DNA from: Candidatus Hydrogenedentota bacterium
Lineage (GTDB): Bacteria; Hydrogenedentota; Hydrogenedentia; Hydrogenedentales; SLHB01
DNA: 64,000 bases
Assembly: GCA_963674865.2 (NCBI GenBank)
Contig: CAXXYE010000003.1
Coordinates: forward strand, 160,001 to 224,000
Reading direction: 5' to 3'
How positions within the stretch are numbered: the first letter of the stretch is position 1; the number at the start of each line of letters is the position of its first letter. Below, piece after piece: positions 10,049 to 17,939 of the stretch. Made by a program: the position numbers and the translations under genes. The notes under the pieces were generated by a model. The model searched no databases and was not told the origin of the DNA. It was given only the letters and a program-made list of their open reading frames with translations.

Positions 10049-10372
10049 GCACTTCCCTTCCCCTGGCACTCAGAAATCCGCCGCATTATACATGTCCTTG
10101 GGGGTGGCGTCCACCTTCCGCGGCCCGCCATGATAGCGTGCGTTCGACCCGGGCCGCAGACAACTGCGGGTGAGAAATCCAGGCTAGGGGACACCATCCC
10201 TAGGCGACTTGCGCGCTTACTGCGACGAGTAAAGGGCCGCAATCGGCAAAGACAGATGGCGTCGCATGTGTCGGGGAGGGCTATGAAGGACCGACGCGGA
10301 AAAGAAAGCAGCACGGAAGAGCAGCTCACTCATCCCTAAGCAGCAAGGGCTCGAAGCGGCAGGACGGACGCC

Positions 10373-11482
10373 TCAGGGGGCGGCGATCTTCGCCTGGACC
10401 CTTTCGGCTCGTTCATTCTCATCTGCGCGGAGAAAAGTGGCTCGGGCCCGTTCGTAGCGCGTGCCGCTCAGTTTTCGCAGAGAGAGTTCCCTCTCCCTGT
10501 CTCCCTGGTTCTCGTATTCCTGCGCAGCACTGGAGAAGAACGCCCGAGCCCGTTCGGGCTCCGCCTGATGAAGCAATGCTCCAAGCCGTTCCGAGACAAA
10601 GGCCCGATAAGGCCTGTAAGGTGTGTTCTCAAGAGCCTTTAGCATGTCATGAAGTCGTTCGACCTGCCGGGCTGCGGGGGAGACTGCGCCGGCCCGCTGT
10701 TCTTCTCGACGCTTCCAGGTGGTCGCCAGATCAAGAAAAGAGCTGCGGACATCCTTCGTATCCTGATGGAGTTCCTCGAGATACGTGATTATCGGACCGA
10801 CGACGCTCGTCAGCGCCCGTGAAGGACGCGGCGTGGGGGTGTCCGCCGACCCTTTCGTTTGCGTTCGACGCGCTTGTTCCGCCGTTGCCCTTTCGAGGTT
10901 CTGGCTTACCAGTTCGAAGTCGCTCTCAAGCATCTGAGAGGCCAAGTCCAGATACATGGCGCCCTTATCCGTTTCCTCGACGGCATTGGCAAACAATTCG
11001 TCCACGACGAAGAGTGGGACCTCGACCGCGCGCATGATGTTGCGCCCACTGAGCAGACACGAGATCATCTCGTGGCAGTAGCCGCTGAAGACGTTAGGCC
11101 CGACCGACTGGGACTTTGTCTTGATGGCTTCAAGCTCGGCCCGTATGTGCCGAAGGAGGAAATCGGCGGCAAGCACGTAGCCCCGTGCCTTATGGTATTC
11201 CTTCCCGTCCGCATTCGAGCGGGGCATTGTGTCGAGCTGGTTTTTCAGCTCAAACGCGGTGAGATAGAATCCCTTCTCCTGGGCGATGCGCTTGATGCGG
11301 TTGAGGTATTCCTGCGCCTCAGATTCATCCAGTGAGGGAAAGGCAAGGAAGTGCACGAGGTGACGCTTCAGGATAGTGGCCAAGCTCGGCCCAGGCTCCC
11401 GCCATTGGACAGGGCCGGCTTTCGGCGCTTTCCGGAAGGGAGGCGGCGTGATGAAGGTCGTAAGCTTCTTTAGCACATCCAT
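10373..11482 (-). CDS. Hypothetical helical protein
   Basis: About 370-aa ORF with natural composition, filling the gap downstream of flgK; TPR-like C-terminus. Confidence 0.6.
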   Translation of the reverse strand: MDVLKKLTTFITPPPFRKAPKAGPVQWREPGPSLATILKRHLVHFLAFPSLDESEAQEYLNRIKRIAQEKGFYLTAFELKNQLDTMPRSNADGKEYHKARGYVLAADFLLRHIRAELEAIKTKSQSVGPNVFSGYCHEMISCLLSGRNIMRAVEVPLFVVDELFANAVEETDKGAMYLDLASQMLESDFELVSQNLERATAEQARRTQTKGSADTPTPRPSRALTSVVGPIITYLEELHQDTKDVRSSFLDLATTWKRREEQRAGAVSPAARQVERLHDMLKALENTPYRPYRAFVSERLGALLHQAEPERARAFFSSAAQEYENQGDRERELSLRKLSGTRYERARATFLRADENERAERVQAKIAAP

Positions 11483-11830
11483 TCTCGGGCAATCCTCAGC
11501 GCGAACATCATAACACACTTCCCCTCAAACGGGAGGATTCTTTTGGGACTCATCTTGCCGGGCGGAGGCCATACATCTCCGAAGCCGAAGCAGGTCATCT
11601 CCCCCGTTGGGGCCGCGTACCCTCGTCAGTATCCGGTGCGCGTTCCGCGCTCTGTCCACGGCTCATTGGGCCATCTGTCTCGGCTACACGAATACGCCCG
11701 CACTGGCGCCATCCAACTGCGGGAGTGCCCGCTGCCAGGCGCGTTTTCTGGAGATGGCGCGTGAGGGAGCATTGAGTGGACTTGGACACGTGTGGAGTTC
11801 CGGCCAGGCGCGAGGCCTTTCCAGAATCCA

Positions 11831-13540
11831 TTACCGGCCCATGGCCAGGAGGGCATCCAACATGTTATTAACGACGGTGATGACGCGCGCAGACGCCTCG
11901 TAGGCCCGCTGGAACTGGATCATGAAGGTGACCTCTTCGTCGAGTGACACGCCGGAGACTTCCTCGCGGCGCTGATCGAGGTCATTTACAAATGCCACCT
12001 CCACATCCAGGATCTGCTCGTTGGCCTGGGCATCAATGCCAATCTGCACAATGGTGCTCTCATAGTAGTCATTGATCGTCGAAGACTCGGAATCCAGCAG
12101 CATGGCGTTCTGGAGTTCCGCCATAGCAAGCGCGGCCGTATTGTCGCCTGTTTCCAGCACGTCGGTGCTGTAACCGGAACTAAGGAGGCGCGGATTGTCG
12201 GCGATAACCTCACTAACGGCGATAGTACTCGCATCGTAACCTGTGAATAGTCCATTGATGCCCAGGGCTGTGAGGGCGCCGGACGTGTCATTCGAGAACG
12301 TGAAGCCCGATGCGGCGCTGCTAATGTCCAGCGTGTCTCCGCCGGATACCGACGCCGTGATGCTGGCGCCCGCGAGGGTGGATGCCGTATTGATGGCTGT
12401 AGCCAGAGCGGTGAGACTCGCCGTGGGGTCGACCGTCACCGTGATGGTGGTCGGATTGCCCGAGGCGTCGTATTCAATGATGTCAAACGTACCCGACGAC
12501 ACGTCAAAAGGAAGGCCCGCGGCGTTCAAAGCCGTGACGGCGTCAATCGTTGCATTGGTGCTGGACACCGTGCCGGAAAGGTTGTCCAAGCCATTGGACG
12601 TGCAGTGGATAGCGTTTATTGCGCTGATGACCGCGGCAGCAAGAGTATCGATGCGGTCGTCATACGCCGGTATCTCAACATCGCGCATCTGCAACGCACC
12701 GTACAGTTCGCCGTCGGTAACCTCGACAAGCTCCCCGCTCTCGACGAACCGCACCTCGACCAGGTCATCGCGTTCCGAGTCAAGGGCCGGATTCCGCACG
12801 GCCTCCAGTTCCCGCCAGCCGGTCGCGTCCACAAGCACATCGCTGCCCACAAGTATGTTGACCTGTCCGTCGGACTGCTCGCGGACGGTGATGTTGACGA
12901 GTTGCGCGAGTTCGTCTATCAAGACGCCGCGGTCGTCTCGAAGATCATTAGCTGTCTGGCCGCTGAGTTCGCCATCGCGAATAGCGATATTGAGCGTCGC
13001 GATCCTCTCGCTGAGCGAGTTTATTTCCTCCACCGTGTCCTTCACTTCCTCATTGGCCTCACTTCGGAGCATGTAGAACTGTTGAGCCACATCGTTGAGG
13101 CTGTTCGCGAAGGTTTCGGCTTCCGCCAGTACCGCCTGGCGTGTGGGCAGGTCTTCTACGTTGGTTGCGAACTCGTCCAGCGTGTCGAAGAAGTCATTGA
13201 GACGCGATACGAAACCCGTGTCCGCGGGTTCCAGGAAGATGTCCTCAAGACGGGCGTAGTACTTTGCCTGGACCGTGGCATTGCCTAGGGCCGGAACCTG
13301 AAGCCGGTACGCGTAGTCCAGGAACTCGTCGCGGATCCGGGTTACGGACGCGACGCTGACGCCCCGGCCCAAGGCGCCGTAGGTAGTGTAATTGGGCAGA
13401 CGGGATACCAGTTCGACGCGCTGTCGTGAGTACCCGTCCTTGTTAACGTTGGCTATGTTGTGTCCAGCGGTGTCAATCTGGACCTGGGCGGCGAGCAGCC
13501 CGGACCGCGCGATATCGAGTGTGCTGAAGAGTGTGCCCAA
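11831..13540 (-). CDS. flgK: Flagellar hook-associated protein 1
   Basis: N-terminal LDIARSGL...GHNIANVNKDGYSRQ; NDLRDDR; C-terminal SGVSLDEE...FQRAYEASARVI; probable TTG start at 13540 after a GAGGGA/AGGA RBS. Confidence 0.95.
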   Translation of the reverse strand: MGTLFSTLDIARSGLLAAQVQIDTAGHNIANVNKDGYSRQRVELVSRLPNYTTYGALGRGVSVASVTRIRDEFLDYAYRLQVPALGNATVQAKYYARLEDIFLEPADTGFVSRLNDFFDTLDEFATNVEDLPTRQAVLAEAETFANSLNDVAQQFYMLRSEANEEVKDTVEEINSLSERIATLNIAIRDGELSGQTANDLRDDRGVLIDELAQLVNITVREQSDGQVNILVGSDVLVDATGWRELEAVRNPALDSERDDLVEVRFVESGELVEVTDGELYGALQMRDVEIPAYDDRIDTLAAAVISAINAIHCTSNGLDNLSGTVSSTNATIDAVTALNAAGLPFDVSSGTFDIIEYDASGNPTTITVTVDPTASLTALATAINTASTLAGASITASVSGGDTLDISSAASGFTFSNDTSGALTALGINGLFTGYDASTIAVSEVIADNPRLLSSGYSTDVLETGDNTAALAMAELQNAMLLDSESSTINDYYESTIVQIGIDAQANEQILDVEVAFVNDLDQRREEVSGVSLDEEVTFMIQFQRAYEASARVITVVNNMLDALLAMGR

Positions 13541-13629
13541 TCCTGTTCCCTCACTTGGCCGGTTTTGTGCTCTGACCCCTTGTTTGGCCAACGCCTTGCC
13601 ATGTTCCGAGTTTCTCCCGGAGCTAGTTA

Positions 13630-13646
13630 CGCAAGTGTCGTTCCAA
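13630..13646 (-). promoter_or_regulatory. Sigma-54 (-24/-12) promoter for flgK
   Basis: Minus strand TTGGAACGACACTTGCG versus consensus YTGGCACG-N4-TTGCW; GG-N10-GC spacing exact. Confidence 0.6.
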
Positions 13647-13674
13647 GTATCGGCGAGGCGCGTAAGAAGCTTTA
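13647..13674 (-). promoter_or_regulatory. Sigma-28 (FliA/SigD) promoter for flgK
   Basis: Minus strand TAAA-N16-GCCGATAC versus consensus TAAA-N15/16-GCCGATAA. Confidence 0.7.
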
Positions 13675-13931
13675 GCTGTTAAGTTTACATAGGTGAGCCC
13701 TGTTTTCGCGGCCGCTATGAACGGCAAACGGTTCCTTCAGCCGGAAAATCTTGCACGCCGCGCATTTACAGTGTCAACGAGAGACAAGGGCTTGGAAGAA
13801 GCGCCGGGACGGCGCAAATGCAGGGGGAGGCGCCGGTATTGGCGGGGGCTCGAATGGGGGCCTCACGAATGGTCGCTGAGAGTCTGCCCAACGAGGATGA
13901 TTGGCTGGAGAAGGCTGGTTCACTTCCCCAG

Positions 13932-13972
13932 AAAAAACTGGGCTGAAGGCCGTTTGCTACAGCCTTCAGCCC
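13932..13972 (-). terminator. Rho-independent terminator (minus strand)
   Basis: 11-bp stem GGGCTGAAGGC/GCCTTCAGCCC followed by AGTTTTTT on the minus strand. Confidence 0.75.
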
Positions 13973-14093
13973 GCTATCTTGATCTCGCCTGCAACGGCCT
14001 TTGGGGGCCCCTGCCGCGAGTTATTTTAGAGGCCCAGGGTTTCGCAACTCAAGGGCCTCCGCGGAAGGAGAAACGCCACATGTGGCGTTGACC
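13932..14093 (-). ncRNA. Candidate ~160-nt small RNA or cis-regulatory leader (family unassigned)
   Basis: Bounded by a sigma-70 promoter and an intrinsic terminator; several hairpins; no credible ORF. Confidence 0.45.
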
Positions 14094-14099
14094 AGCAGA

Positions 14100-14128
14100 A
14101 TTTTATCATACAAGCGGCCAAATCGCAA
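14100..14128 (-). promoter_or_regulatory. Sigma-70-type promoter with extended -10
   Basis: Minus strand TTGCGA-N17-TAAAAT with TGn immediately before the -10 box. Confidence 0.65.
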
Positions 14129-14437
14129 GCTTTGGTTTAACAACTATTTACATATTTGCGAGATATCGCAATCCTGCCATTTTTGGCCCAACGCGCCGAG
14201 GCACTTCCACTTGTCTGTTTCCGTGCATTCGCCATGTAGTTCTTAATGCCTGTGGGCCGATGCAGGTTCCCTCAGGTAACGCGGCCTCGGCTCTTGCGCC
14301 TTCGTGGATTTCTTCGGTAGAGTGCGATTGAAAGCTGTTTGGAGCAATCTGGTTGCCGCTGAGGCACACGCTCCCGCATTCTTGTGTAAACCGAGTCCCA
14401 GACCTGCTTCCTCGTCTTGTTGGGAAGGTGACAAACC

Positions 14438-15610
14438 GTGGCCCGTACGTTGCTCATTATAGGGTGCCCAGGCGCGGGGAACGCCGTGAAAAGCAGAGCA
14501 GGGGAGTTGGACATCGACGCCGTGGTTGTCGAGGGAGTCCCTGACCTCGGTGAGGTCGTCCGGATAGGCCGGGAAACGGGAGCCGGGGGTGTCTGCGCCG
14601 CCTGTGAGGCGAGTTGCGAGGCAGCCGCTCAGGGGGCTGAGGAGTTGGGATTGCCGGGGCCCGGGCCCGAAGCGGCCCGATGCATTCGCCACAAGGGGGA
14701 ATTACGCTCTGTCCTTGCCGCGGCGGGCCTCGCGGGGCCGCGATTCAGTCTTCCCCGAAGTCCACAGGAGGCGGAGGCGCAAGGACGAAGGCTTGGCCTG
14801 CCCGTCATTGTGAAGCCGGTAGACGCCTCGGGCAGCCAGGGAGTGATGCGCGTCGACCACCTGGAAGACATGCCCTTGGCGTATGCCAGGGCCTCGCGCT
14901 GTTCCCCCTCGGGCACAGTGTTGCTGGAGGAGTGGCTGCCGGGGGAGGCGTACCACGTGCACGGCGTAGTCGAATCGGGCCGGTTCACTCCCTGTGCGAT
15001 AAGCGCGCACGAATTATCCACACCGCCGTATTGCTGCGATTGGGGCGTTTCCCTACCGACTCGTTTCAACCGCCGGGAGCGCGAGTTGCTGTTCGGCGCG
15101 GCAGAAGCCGTCGTTGACGCCATAGGTCTTCGCCTGGGTGTTGTCCATATCGAGCTTGTGATGGGCGAGAACGGGCCGGGGGTGATAGAGCTTGGCCTCT
15201 GCCCGTCGGCCGGCCACGCGGCCACGCAGCTCATGTCGTTGGCGGGAGGCCCTGACCTTCTCTCCGAGGCTATACGCCTCGCAGTGGGCGAGTTGCCAGG
15301 CGGCCTGACGGCGCCCGAGGGCGGGGCGGCCCAATATTGGCTGAGGTCACACTCAGGCATCGTGACGGACGTGACGGGCGTGGAAGAAGCCCGGGCCATT
15401 CCCGGCGTCGTGGCGGTGGAGATTGGTGTGAAGCCCGGCGATGTCCTCAGGCACGCCGTGGATGCGGCGACGCGTAACCGTGTAGGCTATGTCATCGCCG
15501 CCGCGGGCAACGCTGTGGACGCCGCGGCGGTGGCAAAGGCGGCGCGGGAGTGCTGCCGTATCGAAACCGCGTCGAGTTCGGATGATGCGGCGCGTTCGAG
15601 TTCTGGGTGA
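14438..15610 (+). CDS. ATP-grasp domain protein (L-amino acid ligase-like, divergent)
   Basis: PVIVKPVDASGSQGV, LLEEWLPG, VHIEL and C-terminal RVGYVIA; stop overlaps the next ORF. Confidence 0.8.
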   Translation: MARTLLIIGCPGAGNAVKSRAGELDIDAVVVEGVPDLGEVVRIGRETGAGGVCAACEASCEAAAQGAEELGLPGPGPEAARCIRHKGELRSVLAAAGLAGPRFSLPRSPQEAEAQGRRLGLPVIVKPVDASGSQGVMRVDHLEDMPLAYARASRCSPSGTVLLEEWLPGEAYHVHGVVESGRFTPCAISAHELSTPPYCCDWGVSLPTRFNRRERELLFGAAEAVVDAIGLRLGVVHIELVMGENGPGVIELGLCPSAGHAATQLMSLAGGPDLLSEAIRLAVGELPGGLTAPEGGAAQYWLRSHSGIVTDVTGVEEARAIPGVVAVEIGVKPGDVLRHAVDAATRNRVGYVIAAAGNAVDAAAVAKAARECCRIETASSSDDAARSSSG

Positions 15611-16227
15611 TGAGTGAATCCCTGTGGAGGAGCAGCGTGCGGGCGAGGGCCATCTATATAGGATTTGTGCTGGCGCTTCTCGGTTGTGCGCACCTGGAGG
15701 ACAATTTCCGGGTGGTTGAACGCGGCCGTTTCTACCGCTCCGGCCAGATGAGCGGCCGCGAGTTGGCCGCGGCGATCAGGAAGCACGGGATTCAAACCGT
15801 TCTTAACCTCCGGCACGTGTGTCCTGAAGAGGAGTGGTATCGACGCGAAATCGCGACGTGTGCCGCGAGTGGCGTAACCCATGTTGATCTGGAGTGGAGC
15901 AAGAACCACCTGCCGGAACCTGAATCGCTGGCGCGGTTCGTCGCGCTGTGCGCCGAGGCGGAGACGCCCATGCTGGTGCACTGCCAGGGAGGGACCCACC
16001 GCACGGGGATTGCTTCGGCGTGTTATGTGATTTGCCGTGGCGGGTCGGTGGAGGAGGCCCGCGGCCAGTTGGGGCCGTTTTTCGGCCATGCTCCGATTGG
16101 AGGCCTTCTCGATTTGTATGAGGGAAGCGCCATGCCCTTCTCCCAGTGGGTGGAAGAGGTTTATCCGGGCCTGTATGCAACACTGGAGGAACGCGAGGAC
16201 GCCCCGAGCGCCGAAGCTGCACCATGA
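15607..16227 (+). CDS. Dual-specificity/tyrosine phosphatase family protein, probable lipoprotein
   Basis: LALLGC lipobox-like; NFRVV..FYRSGQ; IQTVLNLR; HCQGGTHRTG (CX5R). Confidence 0.85.
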   Translation: MMSESLWRSSVRARAIYIGFVLALLGCAHLEDNFRVVERGRFYRSGQMSGRELAAAIRKHGIQTVLNLRHVCPEEEWYRREIATCAASGVTHVDLEWSKNHLPEPESLARFVALCAEAETPMLVHCQGGTHRTGIASACYVICRGGSVEEARGQLGPFFGHAPIGGLLDLYEGSAMPFSQWVEEVYPGLYATLEEREDAPSAEAAP

Positions 16228-17387
16228 AGTCGGCAGGGATATCTGTTGAGCCTATGGATGAGCAATCCTTTCGATTTGAGGTCGAGGCACGCGACCCGCA
16301 TTGCGGGGCGCGCACGGGCAGGCTGCATACTCGCCACGGCACCGTGGAGACGCCCGTGTTCATGCCTGTAGGCACGAAAGGCTCAGTGAAGGCCTTGAGT
16401 CAAGAGGATCTCAGGCTCATTGGCGCACGACTTATCCTCGGCAATGCCTACCACCTCTACCTGCGCCCGGGCACCGAGATCCTGAGTCGCGCGGGAGGGC
16501 TGCACGGTTTCATGGGATGGGACGGCGCCATCTTGACGGATTCCGGCGGCTTTCAGGTCTTCAGCCTGGCCCAATTGAGCAAAGTCTCCCCTGAAGGAGT
16601 CGAGTTTCAGAGCCATATCGACGGAAGCCGCCACTTTCTCACCCCTGAGGGCGTGATCGATATACAGTCCGCCATCGGGGCGGACATCATCATGTGCTTT
16701 GACGAGTGCACGGCCTATCCGGCGACGCGAAAGGAGGCGGCCGACTCCATGGAGATGACGGTTGCCTGGGCTCGGCGCTGCAAGGCCCGGTGGGCCGAGG
16801 GCGAGCGCGAGCGCCCGTCCCAGGCGCTCTTCGGCATCGTTCAGGGCAGCACCTATGAGGACCTGCGCGTCCAATGCGCCGCGGAACTGGTGGATATCGG
16901 ATTCCCAGGCTACGCTATCGGCGGCGTGAGCGTCGGCGAGAGCAAGGAGGAGATGTACGATGTTGTCGGGTGGACGGCGCCCCGCCTGCCCGATGAGGCG
17001 CCCCGCTACCTGATGGGGGTCGGGCCGCCGGAGGACATGCTCGAAGCCGTGGAACAGGGCGTTGACATGTTCGACTGTGTGATGCCGACGCGTAATGCGC
17101 GCAACGGGTGCCTTTTCACTTCGGAAGGCAAACTCAACATCAAGAACCGGCGTTTTTGCGATGATTTCGAGCCTCTGGATGCACGGTGCAGCTGTCCCGT
17201 TTGTACGACCTACACCCGCGCATACCTGGCCCATTTGTATCGTTCGGGCGAGATTTTGGCCTTGCGGCTGAACACTTTACACAACCTTTTCCATATGCTA
17301 GAATTGGCGGCCAATGCCCGGAAGGCGATCCGGGCCGGCCGGTTCCTGGAGTTCAAACGAGCCTTTCTTGAGACGTATTCCGCTTGA
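16224..17387 (+). CDS. tgt: Queuine tRNA-ribosyltransferase
   Basis: TPVFMPVGT, NAYHLYLRPG, TDSGGFQVFSL, GIVQG, GVDMFDCVMPTRNAR, CSCPVC, HNL. Confidence 0.97.
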   Translation: MKSAGISVEPMDEQSFRFEVEARDPHCGARTGRLHTRHGTVETPVFMPVGTKGSVKALSQEDLRLIGARLILGNAYHLYLRPGTEILSRAGGLHGFMGWDGAILTDSGGFQVFSLAQLSKVSPEGVEFQSHIDGSRHFLTPEGVIDIQSAIGADIIMCFDECTAYPATRKEAADSMEMTVAWARRCKARWAEGERERPSQALFGIVQGSTYEDLRVQCAAELVDIGFPGYAIGGVSVGESKEEMYDVVGWTAPRLPDEAPRYLMGVGPPEDMLEAVEQGVDMFDCVMPTRNARNGCLFTSEGKLNIKNRRFCDDFEPLDARCSCPVCTTYTRAYLAHLYRSGEILALRLNTLHNLFHMLELAANARKAIRAGRFLEFKRAFLETYSA

Positions 17388-17489
17388 GACGGCCGTCATT
17401 TGTCTATCCACGCGATGCGGTATGCGTTCGCCTCGGGCCGTGGGCTGTGTTGATACGCCCCGAGGTTGTGGCGCGCCGCAAGGAGGTTG

Positions 17490-17855
17490 ATGCCTGTGTG
17501 GAACCTTGTTAACGCCGCGGCAGCGACGGTGGCTGACGCGCCCTCGGAGGATGCAACGCAGGGGTCGGGGCGCAGTCCGTTCGGCGGCATGCTGCCCATG
17601 TTGCTCATTTTCTTTGCCATCATGTATTTTCTCATGATCCGGCCCAACCAGAAGCGCGAGAAAGAGCGCCGGGAGATGTTGTCGGCCCTCGCCAAAGGGG
17701 ATAGGGTTGTCACGAGCGGGGGGATCTGCGGCACTGTCGTCGGGCTGAACGAAAAGACGGTAGTGTTACGCGTGAATGAGGACGGACACAAGATGGAGTT
17801 TGTTCGGGGCGCCGTCTCGAAGGTCATGGCCCGAGGCTCGGAGAACGAAGGCTAA
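17490..17855 (+). CDS. yajC: Preprotein translocase subunit YajC
   Basis: MYFLMIRPNQKR..LAKGDRVVTSGGI; lies between tgt and secDF; AGGAGG RBS. Confidence 0.95.
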   Translation: MPVWNLVNAAAATVADAPSEDATQGSGRSPFGGMLPMLLIFFAIMYFLMIRPNQKREKERREMLSALAKGDRVVTSGGICGTVVGLNEKTVVLRVNEDGHKMEFVRGAVSKVMARGSENEG

Positions 17856-17939
17856 GGCGAGGCCCAGCCTCCGATAGAGAGGCGTGGCGGCGGCAACCGC
17901 GGCACATTCGGATTCATCCCACCGCGATTGGAGTTACCA

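Noticed and set aside
8708..10339. 543-aa plus-strand ORF
   Set aside because: Antisense to the Rid-like gene with no recognisable motifs; long shadow ORFs are expected at high GC.
14049..14081. Tiny ORF MWRFSFRGGP as a RAGP-like arrest peptide
   Set aside because: No RBS, start codon buried in a palindrome, and not upstream of secDF on the same strand.
13975..14093. c-di-GMP-I riboswitch, SRP RNA or 6S RNA assignment for the candidate RNA
   Set aside because: Only vague resemblance. It lacks the GGCAAAC..GNRA..GACGCAAAG core and the SRP CAGG..GGAA..AGCAG motif, and is short for 6S.
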